Source of the DNA: Phoronis australis
Taxonomy: Eukaryota; Animalia; Phoronida
Reading direction: 5' to 3'
DNA: 50,030 nt
Assembly (NCBI GenBank): GCA_002633005.1
Contig: NMRA01000446.1
Coordinates: 125,030 to 175,059, forward strand
Below the pieces are notes generated by a model. The model made no database searches. It saw only the letters and a program-made list of their open reading frames with translations, and was not told where the DNA came from. The translations under genes were made by a program, and so were the position numbers. Numbering within the stretch: position 1 is the stretch's first letter; the number at the start of each line of letters is the position of its first letter. Below, one piece after another: positions 24,195 through 35,879 of the stretch.

Positions 24195-25615
24195 CTGTAC
24201 TCTTCCAGGTTACCGCCCATGCTTGGCTTACCACCCACCCCAATTTTTATTATCGAGACCTTAAAAGTGTGTGTCTTTTTGTAAATGTACGTCTCGCAAA
24301 ACTAAGATTCCAAAAAGTGCGCAACTTGCTTAACTTTCAATGACAATCATCAGTTTTAGCAGAACCGGGAACTTGCCCTACTTTTATGGCGGTAAAATAT
24401 ATGCTCTTTACTGAAGGAGACACAATTGTTTCCCTTGGCTCACGCGCGTAACTCATGTCAGAATGTACTGATCACTGAGACAGCACCTGACGAATGTATT
24501 TCATTGCCGTGGAAGAACCAACACAGCGGTACTTGACAAGAATTTCAAGTCCGTGGCCTACCTTCCCCAGACAGTAACACCAAACATCACCACCCTGAGC
24601 AATGAAATAAAAAAAAAACACGAGCACGACGGCTGGTACATGACCAACGATTTTGGAAACTCTACCGACATTATTTTGGACACATTGTTTTGAATACAAG
24701 CAGATACGGGCCATTGTTCCGTGTCTTCGTTAAACGCAATCCATGCTTTTAATGACTAACTCCTGACACCAAAATGGAAGCGCCAAACCAAACGCAATAT
24801 TACAGCGCAAGAAATCAACTACATGTAACCCTAAGCGCAAGTCGTACATTCTCTCCACATCTACTTGGTCAAGAACTTGTTTTTGAACCCTTGATTTACC
24901 TGTTGACTTTACATTATGTGTTATTACTTTTTTACATGATGTGTTTTTGCTTCATTATTTTCGCAGCTGACTGACCACCCCTATTGCCTAATAGTACATG
25001 TAGTATCGTCGGATTTTTGAGCACTGTGCTTTGAACAAATTCTGGGGGGTCAGTGTTGGCTGTTCAACACCAAAAGAACATCGTTCAAACTAGGTTCAAA
25101 GTATTTAGAAGAAAGGCTGGCTGTCAATCATTAGCACATTTGGTTGCCAAAGTAACAAGTGGCAGCATATCTTTACAAAATCACCTGCTTCCCTAACAAT
25201 ACATGATGATCTAGCGTAGTCTTATGTGATCTTGCTGTTCTCTCAAGAAACTTGCCTACTGAAGGCACATCTATCTGTAAGAATACCTCAGTTCCATGAC
25301 ATTGCGAGCAGTGACCGCGGTACGTAAAAACCCAATCACGCTCGGGATCACGGGGCCACTGTATCGTGTGCGCTATTCCACTTCAACCCGTCGAAGTCTG
25401 TTACTTCAATCCACCGACGTACAGGTATATTTTAACTTACAGAGTCAGATGTGAGTATAGCTCTGTGAGGGTAAAATCTGACCTTTGTGCAGTAAGCACC
25501 CACTCCCGACTTTTCAAAAATTTCGATTTTAATCACCCATGCTTGGCTTACCGCCCACCCTATTTTCTTAGATTCCCACTTTAAGCGCCTTGGGCGGTAA
25601 CCCGGACGAGTACGG
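24195..25615 (-). mobile_element. pogo/Tc1-mariner-like non-autonomous element (subfamily B) with HIRAN relic
   Basis: TA flanks; TIR C(T/C)GTACTC(T/G)TCC(A/G)GGTTACCGCCCA; subterminal direct repeat cccatgcttggcttacc(a/g)cccaccc at both ends; internal HIRAN-like ORF at 24472-24714. Confidence 0.88.
24472..24714 (-). pseudogene. Decayed HIRAN-like domain ORF
   Basis: KIVGHVPAV...FYFIAQGGDVWCY...GHGLEILVKYRCVG parallels the GHVP...FL..GG...C...GLEIP..Y...G pattern. Confidence 0.7.
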
Positions 25616-26256
25616 TAATTAAAACCATAACACTTTAAAGAGCAAGGTTCAATAACCTGACGTTGAGCTTTTTAAGGAATAACATCCTTTGCTCTTTGAA
25701 GCAATGTAAGAACGAGACAAAATTGCTCGTTCCAGACTATTGCTGCACTTGCTGATTGATTTCCATCTTGTTCATGAGCAGTCATTCAAAACTGTGAAAG
25801 GAAAATTATGCCATGTTTAGGTGGCTAAAAACAAAAGAGAATTAGGCCACTTACTCATAAAACTGGTTTCATAGTTTTTACAGTGATAGCTAGACTCCAT
25901 AATGTATTACTACCTCAAGTCATAGGCAATTCATGTATGTGGCATTTTCCAGTTCACATTTTCAGAGTTGACCAACCCAAATAAAGTTTGAAGCAAAATC
26001 AGTAACTGTTGGTTTCAATGTTCTTGTAGAATTCTATCACAATGTCCAATATTATGAGACGGATTTTACGACAGTAAAGGCTCAATGCGATTTTCGTTCT
26101 TTAGCTAGAAGCGTAACAAAATAAAGTGCAGCTTTAAGTGAGCCCATCTCACGCTGTTTGAAAATGGCAACTATTGTTTAAGCAAACTGATTAAACTAAG
26201 CGTTAACACAATAACAGACAACATGACTCTCTTCAAACATTTAAACAAATACTCAC

Positions 26257-26308
26257 CTTGCTTGCTTATATCTGATACGTGAGTAAATGACTGACGCCTC
26301 CTGACACC
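26257..26308 (-). CDS. PDE8: PDE8 linker exon
   Basis: ttttgttccgcag|GVRRRQSFTHVSDISKQ|gtgagt; phase 0-1 fits both neighbours; comparable to vertebrate GLRRLS. Confidence 0.85.
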
Positions 26309-26972
26309 CTGCGGAACAAAAATAACCCTTTGATTTATTGACAAAATATGGCCTGCGCAAATTTTTCCGATAGGATAATCAACCAGTCAAATGGGAAATC
26401 GAAATTATCCAGGTGTCGAAAGTGAAGCAAGGGTTCTTCCATAGATATGCATGCAAACCATGTGGGCCGATCGTCACAAAAACACCAACTGAAGCTGATG
26501 GGCTGCTTTCTGCTCTCATTCTCTTCAGATTGACAAAAAGATGACTTTCATTTTTATAAGCACCACCTATGGAATATTGAGTCGCCCATTAACAGTGCGA
26601 AATTTGCAATAGTCAGTGCTGTCCTGGTGAATTCAGCTAGTTTAAACATGGTACAAATTGCACTGCATGTTTTCACTTACTAATCTTCCTTTCTGTTAAT
26701 TTACAAATTACAAACAACAGTATTTTACACAATATTTTCACTAATCGAACACGTCACAATCTGAATTTCACTGCAAAAGAATAGCAATAAGCACTATGAA
26801 CTGTGAAACACAATTTTGACCATGTGTCTTGTAAAGCAGAATACCTCAGACTCTTCAAAATTTGGCTCAAGATTTTCAACGTGAATCAGAGTTTTGCAAA
26901 CAAGGTGCATATAGTGTTTCAAACATGGTGCAGTACTTAGGTTTGAATATATGACCTACAGAGAACACTTAC

Positions 26973-26984
26973 GTTTGCATACAT
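26973..26984 (-). CDS. Candidate alternative first coding exon (MYAN) of a short PDE8 isoform
   Basis: atcATG TAT GCA AAC|GTAAGT: consensus donor, phase 0 into 26308, with an in-frame stop upstream. Confidence 0.35.
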
Positions 26985-27664
26985 GATGTACAGAGAACAC
27001 TGATAGTGTTTTAAGTAATACAGAGGTGATGCATACGTCAACTAGTTCAAGTAGTTCAGTGACTACTTCTAGGCAAGAGTGTGGATTGGCATAGCTTGCA
27101 ACATTTGTGAGCAAAACAAAAACCGAACACCTGAACAGAAAAAAGGGGGACATCCAGGTCTAAAGGAGGATGTCTGGGTCTATTCAAAAATTAAAGACTA
27201 AAATTCAACCACAATACTCAAAAGCATCTCATCTTTTTAAGTCAAATGCGATAATAGGGCTACATTATGTAGAGACACACAATAACTTAATGATAAGTCA
27301 AATTTGGTGTTTGTCAAGGAGCAGGGAATTTGGAGGAGGTGAGAGGCAGGGCAAACCTTCGGAATGTAGGGTTGTTGGCAAGTACAGGTGAATCATGAAT
27401 TGCATCTCTTGTTAAGCTATGACGTATTTCATAGTGAAAAATACTGTTCTTTCATTTGGTAGTCAAACTTTGGCCTTTGGACACTGGTGACTATATAAGT
27501 CTGTCAAAAACTTGACTATGAAATTAAAACTTTTGTTAATTTTAGCGTTTATCAATCATACATTATATTAGAAACTAAGTGCAGTTAACACCACTTAGGG
27601 TATTAGCACAACCTCATTCTTTACTAATTAGTGAACCTGTTATTTAAGTACCTCAAGCAAGCTG

Positions 27665-27790
27665 CCTTCAACCAATCAGCAACCAGTGCAGCAGCGAGTG
27701 CGGGTGTGGAGGATAATGGTCAGGAGAGTCCATGCAAGGCAAGCAGGCACATGGCAACAGTTACCGTGGCAACGTGGCTAGAAACAGCTG
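27665..27790. promoter_or_regulatory. RFX X-box cluster plus CCAAT box (candidate internal promoter)
   Basis: GTTACCGTGGCAAC at 27760-27773, flanked by CATGGCAAC (27750-27758) and GTGGCTAGAAAC (27774-27785); CCAATCAG at ~27672; locally GC-rich. Confidence 0.55.
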
Positions 27791-28074
27791 CTCACTGCCA
27801 CTCTCCAAATACTTGATGAAATTTCTGGTGTTTTACCACGACTAAAAACACTGTGTCTAGCCTAGTTGAGCAGTATGATTGAGTGGTCTCTCGTTAAGTT
27901 TTCAAAAGGTAATTTTAAAACAAACATTTCAAAGGCTTCCTTTCAATCAAAACTCCTTTCAAGTTTATAGCTTAAGTAAAAGAAATGGAGATTTGTTTTT
28001 TGAGCAGCTGCTTCAAACAAAAACATTATAGTGGTTTCCATGGCATCTCAATAATCAGTACAATAAAAATAATC

Positions 28075-29566
28075 GTAAGAGAAGTGTGGTGCTTTGAAAT
28101 GCGCCCACAAAGGCAACGCAAACGGTGTGCTTCTTGAGGTGTTTATTTGTATCACAAAAATGGCCACTAGATGGCGCAAAATAAGTTGAATACAATAACT
28201 TGTCATCACTTCTTAAATAGAAAGCAAATTACCAAATATCCGTCGTGGAACTTCAGAGAAACAGAAGGAAAGGAAAAATTGCCACTACAAGCTTGTGGGC
28301 CACTAGGAGGCGACACAGTAGTCGAAGTCGTCAAAAAATCATCGTCAACCCCCCTCATCACACTTAAGACACCACAGGCGCTTGGGTTTATCGCAAATGA
28401 CGTCACTCAACAATATAAGAAAACATAAAGGTTGGACACTCGAAATCTGTTTGCTCAGAATTTTCTACTCAAATGTGCATGGAACTCTACGAAACTAGCA
28501 TCGGACAACTCTTAGAATACCTTCTTTCATTTGATCTCTTCAAATTGCCTTCGAGTGGTGATTTGGCGACAAAAATGCCAAAAGAATGCCAAAATCACAA
28601 ATTCAAGGACCTGATTCCGTGATGTCATGGCAGACGGTAAAACGAAACTGTCACTAGGAGGCGCCACAGTAAAGGTCGTCAGAAAATCATCAACAGCTGT
28701 CCTCCTCGCATTAGAACATGCCAATTTCCACAGTCATCCTTAACAATGGTTTAGTTGATAGAGAGGCTGACGCCAAAAAACAGACTCGAAAACAATAAAC
28801 ATGGCCACTAGGTGGTGTAAAATACATTGAATAAACCCGAAAACAAATCGACAGCTTCACCTCACTAATAGATGACTATCTTCCAAATTTTATTGATATC
28901 CGTTGAGGACATTTGAAGATACAGACTAGGTGAACATAAAAAAATTGCCACTAGGGGTCACACCGGCAATCCAATCTGTCGGAATGTCATCGTTGTCAAC
29001 TTCAAATACATTAATTGCACAAATTTAATAAAGATCCTGTAGAGCAATTAGGAGATATACCCATGGGTGAAAAAACAAACAAAACTGCCACTAGGAGGCG
29101 CCACGGCATTCAAAGTTGTCGGAAACTCATCTTTAGCATCTTCTTCACAGTAGTAACATATATGCCAATATTCGCAATCATCAAGTTGTTTGGTTGACAA
29201 AGGGGTGGACGCCAAAAAACAGACTCGAATCACTAAAAATGGCCACTAGGTGGTACAACATACCTTGAATCCATCCAAAAAAAAGAGGACGGCGTCATCT
29301 CAATAATATAAGTCTAACTGCCAAAATCATAATTATGAGAATCCGTTGAGGATCTCCAGTAAATGTAAAAATCTGTAATTGCCACCAGGGGACACACCTG
29401 TAGTCAAATAGGTCCAAAATTCATCATCATCCGTCGTCAGCTTCACTGGAACACATCTGCCAAATCTCATCAAGAGCTGTGAGGGGTGTAGGATACAGCT
29501 GCAGACGCTGGACGACAGAGACGACCGCAATATGCACCCACATATAATTATGTAGGCGCAGAAAAA
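28075..29566 (-). mobile_element. HINE copy B (inverted relative to copy A)
   Basis: tgaaatgcgcccac at ~28095 (3' subTIR); 5' hairpin tgcacccacata-taat-tatgtaggcgca plus A-run at 29533-29566; internal units homologous to 10780-12000. Confidence 0.78.
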
Positions 29567-31382
29567 CTACACCGTTGAAGCGTGATCTTTCATAAAGAAA
29601 TGTTGATGTTCGATCTGTTGCACGAGTTACATTATTTGATAGGCAGTTATACTTTGAGACTACATCACAAGGATCTCTTAAAGAACCATTGCCATACTAC
29701 CATGATTAAAGTAGGTTTACGACAGGGAAAATGGCGCCACATGACAAAAATGTATTAATCATAAAGCATTATCACATGAATTTGCAAAATCTTACAATAG
29801 GTATAGTACATAAATGTCCCTGTGTGTTTAATAAAGGAATCTGTACACAACAGATATGGGATTGAGTTTTTTTTTTGGTTAAGCCTTTGTTGTCCAATTT
29901 TCTTGGCCAAGTATTGTGGAGTTAAAGCCTGCATGCTTTTCAACTTGCCCAGGGCATAATCCAGCAGGCCTATATTCTAAAAATGAGGTGACTCTATGGC
30001 TTCAACCATAAGCATATCTATTGCTTTAGTTGGAAATGATCTCAGATCACCCAATTTAAAAGCAAACACGCTTCCTGCCATGTTCAACATGATGTATCTA
30101 TGAGTACTTATAATTTATGCTTTACCTAATCCTCGTGATAATGTAAGTCTTGGAACAGATCAAATGAACACCAACAAAACGAAGGCAATCCTACAATTAT
30201 TCCATTCACAATATTGCCCAGTTAATTGAGTTGCCATGACTACCATTGTAAGACAACTGGCATGCAAAGAACTACAACAACAGCAAACCACCACCGAAAG
30301 CAGACATATAACTCAGTACAGTCACCAACTGTGAGTAGTGCATTCTTTGAAAACCCATAATATACCAAATTCTAGCAGTTGGACTGGTGTCTGTTAATCT
30401 ACAGGACTGGTGCTAAAAAGCAATTTGGGTGCATTCTGCCATATGCTCAGCACCAGAGAGGTACCTTTTGGCAAAAAATATTGGAAGAAGTGCAATAATG
30501 TTTTTTCAGTTTTCTCCTTTCACAATTTGACATTCCAACCTTGCTAATCAGTCACTTCAGTATAGCCTTGTAAGGTGACAAGCTTTGTCATGAAACTCCT
30601 GGCGTTTCGGTCATGTGACCTCGTCAATCTAACAAGTAGAATGCACCCCTCATTTTTGGCACTTGGCCTGTGACAAGTGAATACATTTAAGTGCAATATA
30701 CAAAATACAGTACTTTTCAAAGGAAATCAACAAAATCTCTTCCAGGATGAAATCTACCACATTATACAGTAAAAACGACTCAGCTAATTATCAGATGGCA
30801 TTATTTGATATCGGGTTTTATTCTACGGTTTGGCTACATCTTCCTAAGGCTAGAAATTTTATCGGAAACTTGGCAACCTTTGTTTTGTGCATGCTTAAGT
30901 GCTGTACTTCATTTGTCACTACATGTAAAATTCGTGTGTGAATAAAGCAAGTTGAATTTCACTCAAAGCATGGTAAAGAATTCCATAATTTTGGACATTT
31001 GATAAATTTGTTACTCACATCTTTAATTGTGGAACATACGGTTATTTGTGAGCTCAAATTAGTAGTGCCTAAAAATTGTCAAAATTTCCATAGCTTCTGA
31101 ACAATTTTTGGGTTTCTGAAAGTGTTGCCAAAATGCCTGACTTGAAAACGCAGGAAAAAAACAAGTGAACTCAAAAAGAAATTTACATCGAGGTCTGTTT
31201 CCAACAACTAGATATTTAATTTTATATGCATTGGGTACTAACTACATCAGGCTACTAGAACAACACAGTTGCTTCACTAATAAATATAGTTCGCAATCCT
31301 CACAAATGAACATGACTCAGGGACCCAATAGGTGACACACAAACTCATGCTTTGAATCACAAACACAGTTCATGGACTCCAT

Positions 31383-32101
31383 AGACCCTATTCACGCCGA
31401 CAGGAGGCGTGTTCCAAAACGAGGCTCGCTACGATAGCTCTGTTAGCTTATCGGCATTAAGGAGTCTGTGTTTCAGTCCGTGTTGTTCCCCGAACGGCTA
31501 AAAAAAATACGGACACGCTTCACAATCTCTAAAGACGTTTAGATTCGGAAGCGTTGGGTCATTGCCATACGCCGACGAAGCAAAATATGTCCGAGTAAAA
31601 TAAATGTTTTCGAAAAGTTAGATCATATTTTGTCGCGTCTCGGTCAGTTGTCAAGCATCATAGTAACGACCGGAGAATGGGCCAGCCAGGTTGTATATTC
31701 ATGACTACGGATTTAGGGGGGGGGCCTAAAATTGTATCAGATCCCATTNCAGATGACCTGGTCCGCGTAGAAAGTATTTTGATCAACAATTTACAAGAAA
31801 AAAAGTAACCCTGCATTCAGCATAATACCTAATCCGTAACACTACGATCGCCGCAATTTGGTCATATTTACTTTTCATGTTTCGAACCTAGTTTTCCGAG
31901 AAAAATTAAACCCTTTCGTCAGACATTCTCTAATGTAATTTTCTACGTCTGTGTGGTTTAATTGTTGACACATTATTTAAATTCAATATCCAGGTTGGAC
32001 TCGAAAGACCGGCTATTTAACTCACGCAATGTCTACTTTCGCTTTGTTTATCGCAGTGAGCCTCGCTTTGGATTTTAATGTCTGCCGCGTGAATAGAGTC
32101 T
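31383..32101 (+). mobile_element. ISL2EU/Harbinger-like non-autonomous element with THAP relic
   Basis: AT flanks; TIR AGAC(C/T)CTATTCACGC plus inverted subterminal cgaggctc(g/a)ct(a/g)cgata; internal IRKRWVIAIRR at ~31540-31575. One N at 31749. Confidence 0.7.
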
Positions 32102-32501
32102 ATGTTGTTCAGTTTCAGTCAGAGATGTATTTTTGAAAACATAAGCCGTGTTTTGCGAGTTTGACACCATGTTTGGCAGTTGGAGCAGTGTATGAAGCAG
32201 TCGCAGACCTGAGTTGGTGAGTTGTTTATTGAACCCATGAGTAGTGTTTATAAGTGAAGAACAGCAGCCATGTTGTCTGTGTAGGCAAAAACAATAATGA
32301 AGACAAGGCCTTTATCACACCGTCACCTGCTGTCATCGTATTGCGAGGATTTTTCGCTACATTTTTCATAATCTAAAAATCACCATAACAAAATCACGCC
32401 TAGACCCAATCACATGTAACAAAATAACGAACAAACACTATAAGAGTCAAATGTACTGAAATGGTTGCTACGACAACAGAGACCCACGCACGCTCACTCA
32501 C

Positions 32502-32528
32502 CCTTGTCCATTCTCGTGAGTTGGAAGA
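32502..32528 (-). CDS. PDE8: Candidate 27-nt PDE8 microexon (SSNSREWTR)
   Basis: ttcttgtatcacag|TCTTCCAACTCACGAGAATGGACAAGG|gtgagt; open and phase 0-0 within a phase-0 intron. Confidence 0.6.
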
Positions 32529-33122
32529 CTGTGATACAAGAATTGGATTGTGACACACAACTTAATTAGTGGTCGATGTTTATTAGCCTGAGGTATGTGA
32601 GACATAAATGTTGGTGTGGGTGGGCACTACTCTAATTTGCGGTTAAAACACAGTGAGTCGTAGTAATGTGCCTAAATGCAAATTGATGATTTGATTGAAC
32701 TAGGAAACTGTATTTGCTTACACATTGAGCCAAATTTGAGCAACGTTTTGGACGTCAAAGTTAAAGCAAACAGAAATTGGTGAATCAAAATGCTTAGTGA
32801 AGAACATGATTCATTTTGAAGTTATTTAACATACCGCTGGTTATCTGGGAGACGCATTTTTCCATGTTCATTGCTGTTCCCCTGGTGGTATAATTACTAA
32901 CTAAAAAGTTTAGAACATGCACTATCTTCCGCTGCCTGAATAAAGGTCAGCACAGCCCAGGATTTACTCCTATGACAGAGACTAATGATCAACTGAGCAT
33001 GCTCGCAGTGCAGTAACTAAAGCTTAACATTCTAAGACCACAACGCAAGCTTCAGCATCACCAACCGCCACCCAGCAGCAGACAGCACCATGACGTGCCA
33101 ATGCAATAGCAGCATTACTCAC

Positions 33123-33287
33123 AGACATCAGGCCGCCGACCAGGTCGCTTGTCATCTGGTCTTCTGTTTGCTCGGCCACATTGGGCGAGTAGAGCTCTGT
33201 TGTCCGTAGGATCTCCAGGGCATGGTCAAGCGCTTGAGCCACAGTGACTGGGCTATCTTCCTGTGCCGCATTAATTATGTTGATTAT
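33123..33287 (-). CDS. PDE8: PDE8 exon (family-conserved linker)
   Basis: IINIINAAQEDSPVTVAQALDHALEILRTTELYSP...SDLVGGLMS, diagnostic of PDE8; phase 0-0. Confidence 0.96.
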
Positions 33288-34132
33288 CTGAAAACAATTG
33301 CAAGTATACTAACTACTCTAACAAACAAGGTCAGAATTCACTCCTGTGTCTTCAAATTTGGTTAAGAAAAAACATGCACCTACTAAGTAACCTACAAGAG
33401 TGGAAAATTGGCGGCCTTCAAGTACAATGATAGACATCAGCAGATTAAGAAACGCAGTGGAGGGAAAAAAGTGTTGTTTTTCTGCTTATAAGGGGGGGCA
33501 TCAACAATTTTGTACACCTGGCAGATATGACTTATGTCAATAATTATTATCATAAAATTGTGCTATGTAATGTCAAAAACATTTTTGAAGTCTGCACTAC
33601 AACAGTTATCATGTCTCGCCCAAGCAGGCTTACCCCAGAACATCTTGTACTACGTGCAACTAGCTTTACGTACTTTAAGTGGAACATCTACACACACGTC
33701 ACATATACGGTAACTAGAGCAAGGCAGAAGACATCACTCTGTACATGATAATGAATAGTTAATACAAATAAAGTGTGAAAGATCCCGTCTGTAGGTAACG
33801 TGACCGCAACAGACACAAACTTCCTCCTTGCCCCAGGTTTGCGGCCACACAGCGATTAGAAGTGCCGCATGTTACACCTCGAACAAGTTGCCCTACCACG
33901 ATAATTAAGGTGATGTTATCACAAGTGGGGTAAGTTGCTCTAGTTTAGCCAGCATCTATACAGCCACTAAAAATAGTGACGACTCGCTCCACGAGTAACT
34001 TGTAGGGTAAGTCTGTGTTCTGGTCATAGTCTACTTACTAATACCGTTTGAGAAATACTGGACTAAGACTGGATGAGACTGTTGGTAAATAACATGGACT
34101 ACATTCAAAATACATCTTCCAATTGTATACAA

Positions 34133-34945
34133 AATAATGCTGCTAGCTGTGTAGAAGAAAATTGCAGATTGGAGTGATGATCGTTGCCAGTGAATGCTAC
34201 CTGACAATCAGTCTCTATAGTGATTTGTTTACCATCTACATAGGACCAGTCCGAGACTTCATGAACAATCCAACCCAATGACAAATGGTTTGAAAACTGC
34301 AATATTGATAAGATCTAGCCTGTCTTCTGGGCATTGGACGTATTAAACATAAGATCTAGCCTGTCTATGGGCATTGGTGTATTAAACATCAGATCTCGCC
34401 TGTCTATGAACATTCATTGGTGCATTAAACAGCCTGTCTATAGACATTGGTGCATTAAACATAAGGTCTAGCCTGTCTTTGGACATTGGTGCATTAAACA
34501 TAAGGTTTAGCCTNTTTGTATCTCTGGAAACGGAGCTTGCAACGCACCTATTATTTTCGGGACATATTCCGAGCATAAATAATGCTGCTAGCTGTGTAGA
34601 AGAAAATTGCAGATTGGAGTGATGATCGTTGCCAGTGAATGCTACCTGACAATCAGTCTCTATAGTGATTTGTTTACCATCTACATAGGACCAGTCCGAG
34701 ACTTCATGACCAATCCAACCCAATGACAAATGGTTTGAAAACTGCAATATTGATAAGATCTAGCCTGTCTTCTGGGCATTGGACGTATTAAACATAAGAT
34801 CTAGCCTGTCTATGGGCATTGGTGTATTAAACATCAGATCTCGCCTGTTCTATGAACATTCATTGGTGCATTAAACAGCCTGTCTATAGACATTGGTGCA
34901 TTAAACATAAGGTCTAGCCTGTCTTTGGACATTGGTGCATTAAAC
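34133..34945. repeat. Near-identical ~380-bp duplication flanking an N (probable assembly artefact)
   Basis: 34133-34513 is repeated at 34577-~34945 with very few differences; N at 34514. Confidence 0.75.
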
Positions 34946-35220
34946 ATAAGGTTTAGCCTGTCTATGGAGATTGGTCACCATTGGTGTATAAAACATAAGA
35001 TCTCGCCTGTCTATGAACATTCATTGGTGCATTAAACAGCCTGTCTATGGACATTGGTGCATTAAACATAAGGTTTAGCCTGTCTTTGGACATTGGTGCA
35101 TTCAACAGAAGGTTTAGCCTGTCTATGGACAATGGTGCACTAAACATAAGGTCTACAGCCTGTCTATGGACATTGGTGCTTTAAACATAAGGTCTAGCCT
35201 GTCTATGGACTAAAACATAA
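34310..35220. repeat. 39-bp minisatellite
   Basis: Unit ggtctagcctgtctatggacattggtgcattaaacataa, interrupted by the duplicated block. Confidence 0.92.
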
Positions 35221-35309
35221 TAATTACAGAGAGATACGTTAACCCCACAGAACAGAATTCACTTTCATGAGCATCTGTGGTTATGTACAGTGATGGACAC
35301 AGCATTTAC

Positions 35310-35383
35310 CTTCGTAATGGGTGCTTCCACTGTGAGGGAGTGAATGCGTGCAACAGACTCTCGACGTTTAGAGTAGAATCCAC
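35310..35383 (-). CDS. PDE8: PDE8 exon with PKA-consensus site
   Basis: GFYSKRRESVARIHSLTVEAPITK (compare vertebrate RRHSSMARIHSMTIEAPITK); phase 1-0. Confidence 0.95.
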
Positions 35384-35424
35384 CTAAAACGAGCAAGACA
35401 ATTGGTTGCACCAAATGAGGACCT

Positions 35425-35877
35425 ACAGTGTTAAAATTACCATGCGAGTAAAGTGTTCACATCACCATAATGCGAGCACACACAGTGTTGACATCACCAC
35501 GATGTGAGCACAAATAATGCTGATATCACGATAACACGAGCACAACCAGTGCTGACATCAATATAATGTACGCTCAAATAATTTTGACTAATTATAATGT
35601 GATGCAAGGCCGGCATCAGCACTGCAATGACATTAACAGTGCTGAAATCATTACTTGGCAAACACAAACAGTGTTGACATCACCAACATGACAGTCATTC
35701 AAAGGTGTGCACAGTTTTGATCGCATCATCGCAGCCGTGTTGACATCATCACTACGTGAGCACACGTATTACTGTTGTGACATAAACAATTAATTGCCAC
35801 TTCAGACACAGTGTTCACATGATCATGAGAGCACAAGTACCACATTACTGTCATGTGACACAAACAATGATGACATC
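35425..35877. repeat. Degenerate ~32-bp minisatellite
   Basis: Recurrent cagtgttgacatcacc...gagcaca units. Confidence 0.7.
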
Positions 35878-35879
35878 TA

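Noticed and set aside
34105-35147. Twin ORFs and repeat-spacer-like pattern resembling a CRISPR array
   Set aside because: Units are contiguous without unique spacers, there are no cas genes, and the context is a eukaryotic intron.
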